Assembly (NCBI RefSeq): GCF_000315625.1
Contig: NW_005434503.1
Location: forward strand, 1-64,000
DNA length: 64,000 nucleotides
Reading direction: 5' to 3'
Source: Guillardia theta CCMP2712
Taxonomy: Eukaryota; Protista; Cryptophyta
Made by a program: the position numbers and the translations under genes. Of the stretch, positions 36,001 to 47,837 are shown one piece after another; within the stretch, counting starts at the first letter, position 1, and every line of letters starts with the position of its first letter. Under the pieces are notes generated by a model. The model searched no databases, was not told where the DNA came from, and saw only the letters and a program-made list of their open reading frames with translations.

Positions 36001-37504
36001 AGCTCGTCGCACGTACGGGCTCCTGTCGTTCTCAGAAGAAGAGAGAAATTCCTTTGCTGAGTCGTACCCGGCCTTTGCAATCTCGCCCAGAAATTCCAGA
36101 GCAGACTTCCTAATATACCAATTTTCCCTTCCTTTGTTCTCAAAGAAGGAATTCAAGCTCAAATAATACGACGAGTTGTAACTTAGCATCGTACCAACTT
36201 TTGAAATGATCATTTCTTTGAGCGAGCTTACGCATTGTTGATATGATTCTAGATACATGGAGAGATCATTGCTGGTAGACTTTTCCTTTTTTTTGGCTCT
36301 TTGTAGTTCTCTGCCGATTGAAATAATCATTTCATCATTTTTCATCCCAAAGCTTCTAATTTTCTCAATGATTTCCTGTGTTTTTTGAGCCAACAAGTCA
36401 TCATTCAGACGTCCTTGCAGCTTCAGTCTTTCAGAAGCGATCCTGTCCCTGGAATTCTCCATGAATTCACGAATCGCATTTTCATGACGAGCCTCTACTT
36501 GTGATCTCTTGCTGCGAAGCTTGCTATTCCGTCGTCTCAACTGAGTTATCTTGATCTCAAGAGTTTTGCATCTTTCGATTTCCGAGGCAAAGCTGGAATC
36601 GGAGAGAAACAGCCACGCGCAGATTCGAACGGAAAACACCTGATGAGACAGCATTGCAACCAACCCCCGCAAGAAGGTGTCATCCTTGAATGCGATCGCC
36701 ATCTCTTGTAGGGTCAGCCAGGCACCACTTCCTACAAGCCCCGAGGCTGACAAATCCTCGAACTTGTCCGAGGAAGCACAATGGCCACGCAAACGCAAGG
36801 CTGTGTTACGATTGGAGACGGCTAGGTACATGTCGACATCGAGTCGGTCTTGTTCAATGCATTTCTTATCGCACATTTCAATCACGAGGCCGCGGACGTC
36901 AGCGTGATCGTCGGATATCGCTGATATAGTCGCTTCCATGATCGCTTTCTTTTCTGGAGTCACGGGCTGTCTAGCCGCGAACATCAATCTCTTGACGATC
37001 AGCCTTCTGATCTTGAAGGACGGCTCTTGATGCAAGAGCTTGAGAGCAAACTGTGTAGCATTCGAGACTCCTTGCTCCGCATAGTAACACACAACATTCG
37101 CCCAGCTCAACCTATCGATGATCGCTTCCGAGTTCATCACATCTGGATTCTCGACGAGATCTCTCTCGATGAGCTCCTCGTATCTGCTGCTCTTTGTCTC
37201 CATGTCTTCTGGAACTGCCTCAACCTTCCTTCCATTCTTGTCAATCATCCACTTCGTCCTCGTCTCGTCATGCGGAGTATCAGGACCCTGCAGATCGAAA
37301 TTACATTGACATAATATAAGTCACGGACTGGTATGCAATAAGCATGCGCACCGTGGCACTTTCAATGGGAACATCTCATTTCAGTTTCAAAAACAGACAT
37401 CAGGTGTAGTGTTCAGTTCTCACCATCACTTTCTCGGCGAAGCCAAAGTAAAGGTCTGAGGACTTGAAACCTCCCAAACGGAGCATCTTCAACAAGTTCA
37501 CCAT
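33009..37504 (-). CDS. Large HEAT-like/coiled-coil + SAM + PDZ + MIB/HERC2-like domain protein
   Basis: The 538-aa and 910-aa ORFs are joined by an intron (~35730-35798). SAM: NEVDGEQLIDMSEKDMREVLGI..HRAIL. PDZ: GVKEGDILLKIQDTNI.GLT. MIB/HERC2: CEVTWDNGYMGDYRTGFEG. Confidence 0.8.
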
Positions 37505-38613
37505 GCTTTCTGATCAAGCCTGAGTTGGCGGACTAGATCAAGACACGGCGACTTCAATCAGGCTCTTCACTGTCCGATCTCATGCTAGGATGGTCCGAGT
37601 TGTGGTTGACGGCTTATATCCGATCCTGCCATTTCAAATGCCCGCCGCTCTACAGCAAGCGGCGGCATCGTCGCTACCAGCCTGAGTCCGTTGATCCGCA
37701 GTTCTTTCAGCCTAGGGCTGTGGGGCCGGTCTTGACGGTGGGGCCGCCCGGCCCGCCGCCCGCACCGGCCGGGCCGACGCCGAGTCGCAAGTCTCCGAGG
37801 CTCAGCCGCATGGCACTCAGTTACAACTCGCCCTCAGCGGCTTCCTGCCGGTCCAGCCGCCAGGCCCCCCGCGCTGACGTTGGCCCGGCTGAGCCGGGTG
37901 CCACTGACGTCACGGTCCGGCGACCCCGGGGCCCGGCCGGCCGTGCGGCCCGTCACGGTGGCCGCCGGGCACGGCCCCACCGGCCCGTGGGGCTCGGATC
38001 ATCGGCCCCCCGGGCCCGGGCCCGGGCGGACGCCGGTCACCGTGGCACCGGCCGTCGGACTCCGCCGTGTGCCGGTGAGTTGTTTTCAAGTACGGCCCGG
38101 TCACGGGCCAAGCCTGGTGGGGCCCGGTGACAGCCGCAGAGTCGGCAGGATTGTACAGGCCCGGGGTTTGCCGGGTTCTCGGGGCCCGGCGGCGCCACTA
38201 CGGTCTTGTTTTCGGAAGTTCAGGCTCTTCCAGGGAAGGCTCGCCGCCGTTTGGCCAGTGCGCCGGCCCGCCGCCGCCGCCGCCGCTCAGTGTACGACGG
38301 TCAGGGTCAAGGCTGGCAGTACTACAGCGCGCCCTGGTCTGGTACCGTGACGGACAGTCCGGCCGGGCGGCCGGGCCGCCCGGGGTGCGTGCGGCTGATC
38401 ACACAGCCTCCATAACGCTATGCGGTCCCCGGCACTACGGTCCTGAGTACCGTACTCAAACGCGGCGGCTAGTTGAACCAAAACAAAAAGATACTACTGG
38501 GTAGCTCAAAAAGTAATCTTAACTTTGAGTCAATGACCGTATGCCACCGGATAACAGCCCTTTGAACTTTCAATAGTAGTATGATTTGGTCCTCTTGCCA
38601 AAAAGTTTACGCG

Positions 38614-38687
38614 TGCTTTCGCCCAGGTTCGAACTGGGGATCTTGTGCGTGTCAGGCACACGGATTAACCAACTTTCCCACGAAAGC
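38614..38687 (-). tRNA. tRNA-Val, anticodon GAC (copy 1)
   Basis: Cloverleaf GCTTTCG/CGAAAGC-A; anticodon arm TGTGC-CTGACAC-GCACA; T arm CCCAG-TTCGAAC-CTGGG; downstream T-run. Confidence 0.95.
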
Positions 38688-38726
38688 CCCACCACCTCGA
38701 GGCGGGATATCGAATGTGAGGTTCTG

Positions 38727-38879
38727 TGGGTTTATATAGTGAAATATGAAGTTGGGGAGCTGAAGCTTTGCTTGTACTATGCCATGATGGGGATGAGTAC
38801 ATGGGGATGAGTACATGGGGATAAGTACAAGCAAGCCTCAGCTCCCCAACTTCATACTAAGTTTGACTATATAAACCCA
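38727..38879. repeat. Imperfect inverted repeat (~55-bp arms) with a TATA box in each arm; spacer has 14-bp tandem ATGGGGATGAGTAC
   Basis: tgggtttatatagt..tatgaagttggggagctga..gcttgtact versus agtacaagc..tcagctccccaacttcata..actatataaaccca. Confidence 0.9.
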
Positions 38880-38949
38880 ACAATCACTCGAAATCTCTTC
38901 TTATACATATTTTTCTTACATCTAACATGGTGAGATAGGTTACATTCAT

Positions 38950-40435
38950 CTAAGGAAGTAATGTTGTGACAACAACACTTGCGAAAATGAAAATGGGCCA
39001 GGAAGAAGAAATTAACCTGTCTCCCTTTGAAACAGTACCTTGGAATTGAATATCCTGAAGAGAAGCAACATTGTTCAGAAAAATAAACAGCAGACAACAA
39101 TTACTCATTACATAGATGTGACTCTTCAGAAAATCGGAGTAGAAACTGATCTGTGTGTACACGCCATAGCGCCCAGGCGTCGCGCATAAGGGAGCATTTA
39201 ACGGTAACTGTGATCCCATGCTGAGCACTCCAACGATGTAGGCAGAGTTGCTGACAGAGAAAAAGGCTGGGCCACCTGCTCTCCCTTAGCACGCTGTAAA
39301 AGATTTTCATTCAGGGGCCGTACCTGAGTCTCCTTCGCAGCTGTCCTTCTGCCCTTCTCCATCTACGCACAACCACACCCATCGAGAAGCGAAGGTTGCA
39401 AGAGAGGGATTGCTGTTCTTGCACGTTTGCTCTGTTGCGATAGGAACGGAAACCTGCGGCGCAGTCAGACACTCGATCCACGTACGTGTCACAGAACCTC
39501 GTACAATGCGAAGGGAATCTCAGGTGGCTTTCCCGACTGTATGTTTGCTGTCACCCCGAAGCCTGCAAGGATGATGGAATTCCCAGGGCTAAGAAGTCCA
39601 GCGGGCAGAGTTGTAAGCCCATCGATCTTTGGGAACTGGTTGTTGATCAGTGGGGACAGATCGACCGAGACCTGAAGCTATTTTTAGTAACGTTTCTTCA
39701 AAGAGTCCTAGCACTGTATCAACTGACCTCGATCAGCAAAATGTCATTTTCAAGCAGTGTTGCATTGAAATCTGGATGAGGAACAAACCGTTTGACTTGA
39801 ACTCGGTTGCAATTCGTTGATAGTGTGTTGCTGTTGCAGCCTATTGTTGTGTTATTTACATTGAATTTTCAAAACAGCGACTCATCACCGACGATGAGTC
39901 GGGCAGACGAAGCCGGCATTATCGTCCCCGTGTTCCAATCGACAACGCAATGGACCGCAGATAATGCCCAAGTTGCAGAGACGATCTGAGCCGTACTGCA
40001 ATGAGACAGTAACTCCATGATCCCCAAATACTGTCAATGATACCATAATGTGGTCGAATTTGGAAGGAACTCCACCAACCATGGATACGCGCCATCAACT
40101 TTTGTTCCTCCGATTATGCGAGCATCTTGATTGTGCTGTCCAGGCCACAGTCCTACACGATGACGTTCTCATTTCTCATTCTCTTGTTGTAAACCAATGA
40201 CTCACCCTCAAATGCTGACGACACTGAGTGGAACCAGGATTTTTCAGTTGCTGTCTGCATGCAAGTAAGTTCAAGAACACATGACTATACCTTTCCCTCC
40301 TCCCACCCAAACTCATACCGTGGGTATTGCTTTTATGACAGCCGGCTTTGCATCTGTGCAAAGAAAAACTCCAAGCGAGAATAAGAAAATGGGTTCAATG
40401 ACACGGCGACTATGGAAAATTCTTTTGCACGCCAT
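38950..40435 (-). CDS. Trypsin-like S1 serine protease; multi-exon, 3' end approximate
   Basis: RIIGG..YPW, WALSAVHC, NDILLIE, DSCEGDSG, VGVLSMG, PGRYGVYT. Confidence 0.92.
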
Positions 40436-40953
40436 GTCAAATGAACATGCACCTGCAAAGAGTGTTACCTATCAAAAATGAAGCCATATCCTTGCTCAAA
40501 ACTTTGTGACTAAAGTGGTCCTATTACATTAGAAGCTGTACAGATACCGATCCACTTTTTGACAGAAAACTTTTGTGATGATCCGATTCACTCGTTTTTC
40601 AAAGTTCACTCTCTTTTCACTTGTGGTAACTCTCCCTGTTTCGATAACTTCCTTATCGCTTTCCTCCTCTGCTCCTTCCCTTATCATCACTTCTAAGGTC
40701 CACCCCCTTTATACCTCCCACACGCGACAGAATGAAAACTCTCATCGGACCTGTCCGCCTGCATGCTTGTTGCACTTGTACAGCACTGGAGGATCAAGAA
40801 ACTACAGCATGCACGGCTCAGAAAGTTTGGTACAATGACAATTTTAAATTGTATGTACAACAGAAAGCAAAAAAATAAATTCCAGTACTACCTCTAAAAT
40901 CAATTGTTCCCAGGCGCTTTTGCTGTCCTCAATCGCGAAAAAAGTTATTCTCG

Positions 40954-41027
40954 TGCTTTCGCCCAGGTTCGAACTGGGGATCTTGTGCGTGTCAGGCACA
41001 CGGATTAACCAACTTTCCCACGAAAGC
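40954..41027 (-). tRNA. tRNA-Val, anticodon GAC (copy 2)
   Basis: Identical to copy 1; T6 terminator; upstream TATA disrupted. Confidence 0.95.
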
Positions 41028-42026
41028 CCCACCACCTCGAGGCGGGTCTGCTTCACTCTCGCCCCAAAGCCGTCATATCATCATGAGTCCGATCATTTTG
41101 CCGCAACCAGCCTACGGTACGGTACCGTACGGTCCGATCCCCGCTCAGTGACCGTTTAGTTGGGAGGGGGTCCGATCGGGTTAGTACTTAGACTGGGCGG
41201 CGGCGGTACGCACGGGCCATGGCCCCGGGCCCGGGCTGCTCACTGGGGAGTCCCGGCCGGGCTCAGGGCGGCCCAGGGGCGGCCCGTACTCCGGCGGGCC
41301 GAACCGCGGCCGCCAGTGTAAGTTCGAGTCGGGGGCCGGGCCCGGCGAACTTCCCGGCGGCGGCCGGCTATGCCAGCCGCCGAGTCAAGCCGTGCCAGCC
41401 TACGGTCAGATAGCGCCGAGCCTTAACAAAAACTGCCAGGCTCCTGTAGTGACCGTGTAAACTTTCACGGCAACTGGCGCCGCCCGGCCCGGCCGCCGGT
41501 GAAGACGACTTACTAAGTCAGTTACGTGTTTTCAAGGCGGCAATGTCAATGAGTCAGTGCAGAGACGAAGAGGAGGTGACCTCAGCCTGGCAGTTCAGAG
41601 TCACTGTCAACGTCCGGCCCGGCCCGTTTGAAGTTCCTTACTAAGGTTTTCTCCGATGATGTGGATGCTTGAGTTTCACATGAGTCGGACTCTCCAACTT
41701 GAAGCTCTGAGCCGGAGTCTCCCCTGCGGCAGCCCGCCGGGCCGGGGCCGGGCTCCCCGGGGCGGGGGCCGGCCGGGCGGCGGCCGCGGGCTGGCAGGGC
41801 CGAGGCTCAGCGCTTGCCGCGCAGTGCGGTAAAAAAGCTGATGGCATACTATGATAACGGCCCTTCGATCTCAGTTTAATAGATACCGTTTTCAGTTTTA
41901 CACAAAGTTCACTGAGTTAAAAAGCAGTACGCCGAGGACAATCAGGAGAGTTAGTCTAGGAGGCTTTTCAGTTACTAGTATGATTTGGCCGACCAGCACG
42001 CGTTTCTTTCCAAAAAGTTATCCTCG

Positions 42027-42100
42027 TGCTTTCGCCCAGGTTCGAACTGGGGATCTTGTGCGTGTCAGGCACACGGATTAACCAACTTTCCCACGAAAGC
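42027..42100 (-). tRNA. tRNA-Val, anticodon GAC (copy 3)
   Basis: Identical to copy 1; upstream TATATAAA at 42145-42152. Confidence 0.95.
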
Positions 42101-43009
42101 CCCACCACCTCGAGGCGGGTCTGCTTCACTCTCGCCCCAAAGCCTTTATATAGCAACCAGTCCCTGACTTGGGAGGGGGTCGGGGTAGTACCGTACGCAC
42201 CATGCCTGGTCACGAGGAGGGTCCTTGAGGGTCTGCAAAGGGGTGAAGTGGAGGGGAGAGGGGTATACCACGATGAAGTTGTGGAGTATGGAAATGGGGG
42301 CCAGGAGTGTCGCTGGTTGCGATGGTTGCATGGAAAGGAAACATCAAGCAAGAGTCGTGTTAAGACAACAGAGAGAAAGATGTTTGGCAGATGAATACGA
42401 TCATTAGGATCAATCTCTGAAGTCCTGCTGAAACATCATCATTACTACAAGTGGAAGACGTAGAAAGGGATATGATTAGCTGAATCTGAGCAGGGAGCAG
42501 GTCTACCTTGACTTCTAAGATATTCATGGAAGCAACATAATTGAGAAAGACAAAGAATTGTGAGATGTTGAGTCAGCAAAGAGCAAGCGACAACGGACAA
42601 TCACCATAAGTAGGCATTTCAGATCTAGAAACTGAGCAAAAGACTGGGTAAAAGGTGGAAGACTGTGTAATGACAACTGATGTGTAGGTGATACTTCATG
42701 TGAACTGTTTAGAAATGTGCTTTCCTCGAAAGCAGGATGAGGCTTGTATGCGACACGGCCGAGCGAAACTTTTCTCATTGGGGCAGACAATGTCAACACA
42801 GTGTGAGAGGACGAGCGAGATTCAGAATCGTTGAGAGGTAGACAAGCCCAGTGTCAACATGTGTATACAATCTTTGTAAATGTGCTGAAGTTCAAAAAAC
42901 AAAACAAGAGGCACCAGAGATCCTGAGGAAGGAAATTGCAAGAGAGATGTTTGGCCACCATTTGCCGCCTCCTTCTCTGGCTCCTCCTCCTTCTTTTGCT
43001 CCTGCTTCT

Positions 43010-44155
43010 CTATAGGTTCTTCGCGAGTTCCCGGAGCTTAAACTTCTGAAGCTTCCCCGTGGACGTTTTCGGCAATTCCTGTAGAAAGTGAGGCGAAGGA
43101 TCAAGTGATTGAAGAAAACAACCTGGAAGACGAAAGTCTTGGGGACCTTGAAATGTGCCATGTGCTGCTCATAATTAGACCAAGACTTATCATTAGAAAA
43201 GTGAGTTACTTCACGACAGAAATTCTTCAAATCCTCCTCAACCGAGGCATCGTATCCTTTCTGAGAACTGTAGTGAGCAGAGGAGAGGAGAAAAGCAGAA
43301 CAAGGCAGAGCTTTGTCCTTCACCTTCAGCTCCACGAACGCGCATGGTGTCTCGCCCCACTTCTCGTCGGGTCTGCGTCAGGAGGTTAGGCAAGAGACGA
43401 GCAAGCAAGAGGTACCTCGCGACCACCGCCACCATCTCTACAGCAGGATGAGACGTCATTATGCCTGCAAGGAAGAGAGTGAGCGTCAAGGACGACGCCA
43501 GAGAAGATGCGAGCCCTTGACTACCTTCAACTTCGATGGAAGAAATGTTCTCCCCTCCTGATATGATCACATCTTTGGAGCGATCCTGCCCCTCAGTCAG
43601 TCGCTGGACACGCACGGCCCGAGCTCAGACCTTGAGCTCGATGTAGCCGTCCGAGTGCATCACTGCAAGGTCCCCGGAGTGGAACCATCCTCCTCTTAGA
43701 TCCTGAAAACGTAGATGGGCGATCAAGTGCGAAAGGGTGAGGACGGGGTGTAGTAGTGAGATCAGAAAATTCGTCATTGATTGGTTGTAGGAGATAGGGC
43801 AAAATGGAACGAGAAAGAAGCAGAGATGTTGGAGGAGGCAGGAGAAGAAACTGAAGGAGCAGCAGAGGGAAAGGAAACGACAATCAAGGGAGAAAAGAAC
43901 CTTGCTGGTTGTGGCGGGGTTCTTAAGATATCCCTTCATCACGACGTTTCCGCTGTAACAGCTTTAGGAAACTCCCCTGCATTTTCTGTCTTACCGAAAC
44001 ATAACTTCTCCAAGAGTTTGTCCATCGGCAGGAACAGGTTGCAAAGTCTCGGGATCCAGAACCTTGATGAAATGTGAATACATGAAATCTCCCTCTACTT
44101 TCATCGCCTCCTCGCCTCCATCTCGTCCTTGTCTTCCTCCTCCTCCTCCTCCTCC

Positions 44156-44205
<50 letters not shown>

Positions 44206-44237
44206 TGAGTCTCAATCATCATCATCATCTGAGTCTC

Positions 44238-44292
<55 letters not shown>

Positions 44293-46493
44293 TGAGTCTC
44301 AATCATCATCATCATCTGAGTCTCAATCATCATCTGATTCTCCATCACCTCAAGGTCTTCCAATACATGGTAATTAACTCCTTGTCTCGATCGCATCTTG
44401 TCGATCATCAGAGGGAGAACCAAGCAAGAGGGTTCGAAACCTTCGCCTGCTGCTCCAAGGGAAGCGCATCCCACTCTCCTTTCCATGAGCAAATGACAGC
44501 AGGACCTCCAGAATGGTCGTCAGTCAAGATCAATTTGCAGAATTGTGTCTCTTCTCCTCCTCTAACTTGTCTTGTCACTCTGCTGTGTGGCCCGTTCCCT
44601 GTCCCCCTCGTCCATTTTTCATCCTTTGCATCTCCTCTCCAAAATGCCTTTTCCTCGTCTTTAAAGGTTCCTTTCCCTCTTGTACATGTTCCTCAACTCA
44701 CCGTATGTTTCCGTCAGCCCGTAAACGTGAGTGACTTCGAACCCTTGCTGCTGCATTCTCTGCCTCTGGGTCACGATCTCTCTCTCTCACGCATGACCTC
44801 TCGTACCTGCAGGGTGGACGGAGGAGGAGGAGCTGCAGCTGTCATCACCTTGACCTACCACAAAATCAACCTAGGAGGAGGATCGCTGACTCATCCCAGT
44901 CTCACCTGATGCTTGAAGGAACGACGACTTTCAGGAGGAGCGTTGATGATCGTGTTCAGAACTGCAGATGGCAGTGAGAGCAAGTGCATCGCAATGTCGA
45001 GTACCTATCGGGGCGCCACAGAGACGATCGACTCCATGGTCAGCGATAGAGTTGTAGATGTTCTCGGCTGTGACCTGTGAAAGGTGAATCAAGAGGTGCC
45101 TGGTAACAACTGGAGGGAGAGTCTTGTGTACAAAATGTGACGGAGGGGTAGAGAAACATGGAGCATGTAGAAAGTGGCAGGAAACATGCGGAAGGAGGAT
45201 CGCGGGTAAGAAGAAAATTAAAGACAGAAAAGAAGAATGAGAGTGACGAGGGGGGCAGGGCGATGAGCATCCAAGAAATGACAAGGAGCGGGTTTAATTG
45301 AGGGGAGCTTATGGGGGAAAGATGAGGAGGAGGTGGTCTGGAGATCCACTTACACACCTTTCTCAGGCACACCGACGTCCCCCCGACTGCTGCGAGAGTC
45401 CAAGGAAAGCACCTGTCGTAGCGATAAGAACCCTAGCCCTAGTAGGTAAAGACGCACCAGCCGTTGCAATGAAACATGGGAAGAGTCCACAGGTATCGGG
45501 AATGATGTCCCATATCCCACACGATGATGTTGCTGAGAGAGTTGAGGTATGCTCCCCTGTGATGTGTCACCACGCCCTGCAGTATGAAGCATTCAGTCTC
45601 GCCTCCCACCACTACGGCTTCTACACATCCTCCTCTCCTCCTCTTCCCTCCCTATCTCAATCCATCACTAGACCTTAGGGTCGCCTGTTGTTCCTGAAGT
45701 GTATCCAAGCGCAATGGCATCCCACTCGTCGAGAGGCCCGTCGATGTTCCCGTCCGGCGAGCCCTCTGTCAGCAACTTCTCGTAGTCCGTCTGTGGAAAA
45801 CGCGTCACAAGGACTCTGACCTCCTTCCCTCCAACTCACGTCGCTCAGACGATTGGCGGGAACGTTGAAGTTTGGCGCTTCCGAATCACAGATGTCGATC
45901 ACCGAGATCTTCCTCTTGATCATCTGGAGAAACAAAACTTGTTAGCAACGGCTTCAAGTCACGTAAGCTCGATACCTCCAACGCTGCCTTCACGTTCGGG
46001 GCAAACTCAGTATCAGTGATGAGGAAACTTGTCTCGGAATGGTCGAGGATGAAAGCAATCGCTGCAGGATCCAACCTTGTGTTGATGCAGTTCAACACAG
46101 CTCCTGAAACAGCTTTCATTCCCTGCTGCCTCAACTTTCGTCCTTGCCTGTCATGGGCACACCGAAATGGCATTCCTTCATCTCAGGTGTGTTGGTGGCA
46201 ATCACAGAGACAGTGTCACCCTGAATCATCAAGCACAGAATCCCGTCAGAAAGTTTTCAGGGGACAGAAGGCAGCCAGAGTTTTACCGGCTCGACTCCTC
46301 TCCTTCTAAGGGCTGAAGCCAGTCTCCGGCATCGCTCTGCTGTCTCTTTCCACGTGAAGGTCTTGGACCCATGGATCACGCTCTCATATGAGGGATAGAC
46401 TCGCTCAACACGTCGAAGGAAAGAAAGTGGAGTGAGCTAATCACTCGCGTCAAACCGCCTTGCGCAAGAGGATTCGGTTCCTTACCGGGACAT
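43010..46493 (-). CDS. AMP-dependent acyl-CoA synthetase / acyl-activating enzyme (AAE1-like); many introns
   Basis: [95 protein letters not shown]. Confidence 0.95.
44157..44335. repeat. Intronic (CAT)n microsatellite with repeated CTGAGTCTCAAT interruptions
   Basis: Direct observation. Confidence 0.95.
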
Positions 46494-47837
46494 AGTTCGC
46501 CTTGTTCTTCGGGATTTCCCACATGCCCGATCCAGCACTGAAGTTCGAGCTGTTTTCGCTCGAGAATGCACGTATTGTACTATAACCAATCTTGATGGCT
46601 GGCTTCCATCGTAACAAAAACATCTTGACAAGGGAGTCAGAAATCTTGACGGAAAAGTAAACTTGAGAGGAAGCATATCGTCAATCACTGGTTTGAATAA
46701 GCAGTAATCAATTAATCCCTTTCTGTTGCGTCCTGTCCTGACATCCAGAAGAAGAATCTACAATAAACACACCAATCTCGAATGGTCCTCTTTGACCATT
46801 TCCTTACACCCTTTTGTCATTCTGTAGTTCTGCCATAGTTCTCCTACCAAGATTATGTTGCAGAAACATTATCATCCTTCTTATTCGTCTGCAGGGCATC
46901 AAATCCTCTAACATGTTTCTCCTTCTTCCGACAATTTCCACTCCCCGAGCTGCTCTCCTCCAGTTTGCTCTCAACCTATCCTTCCATGCGACCGATTCTT
47001 CTTATCCTACAAGAGATGCGGCAGGACATGTTCTGCGTGCATGATCTCAGTAGATCTTCTTCTTCTCTTCCTCTGCTCCCCCTCCCTCCCCCTCCCCGAC
47101 TTGTTCCGAGCTCAACACCATGTTGCAATCCTCATCGACTCAGTTGCGCCTCCCCCTCCGTTGCCAGGAATCGATTCAAATCGAAACAAACTTCAAGCCC
47201 TCCGCGGCCGGCCGGGCCCGCCGCCCGGGGGCCCGGCCGGGCGGCCCCGCGGCCCGGCCGCGCCTGGCACTGCCGGGCAGCCTGAGTGCCATGATGCCGT
47301 CCGGTGAGAGTCAGTGACCGCCGGGGCGCACGACGAGTTCGTCGGACGGTCGCGGGGCCCTTCGGAAGTCGCGGCAAACGGACTCGTTACTAGTTACTAC
47401 GGTACTACGGTACGGCCCAGTACTACGGTATCAATGATTCAATTCAGTACCCTGACCGTGTACTAACTTACTGGGAGCGCAACGACACTAGGACGGGCGC
47501 GGCCTGGTACTGCGGCCGCAGAGTGAGTGACCGGGCCACAATCTGTCAAATTCCCAGCTGGGATTTCAGACCCCAGGGATGAAATTCCTTCCTGCCATGT
47601 ATAGTGAGAAGCATGAATCAGCAGAGCGGCAGGGGAAGAGAGCAGACGTGATCTCGTTGTAGATGAAGCAGAAGGCGTCTGATGACTGTGGGTCCTGAAG
47701 TGCCGGTGAGGTCGAGTGACTGAGAGCAGAGTCAAGTTTCAACAGTTGTCAACTAACCTGCAACTTCTTTTTGACACTGACAAGCTCCACACAGGGATGG
47801 TCGTACTGACAGACCCAAACCTCCTCGATCCCCGTCA

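Noticed and set aside
43923-44909. Poly-His/Met/Ser proteins
   Set aside because: Intronic (CAT)n of the acyl-activating enzyme gene.
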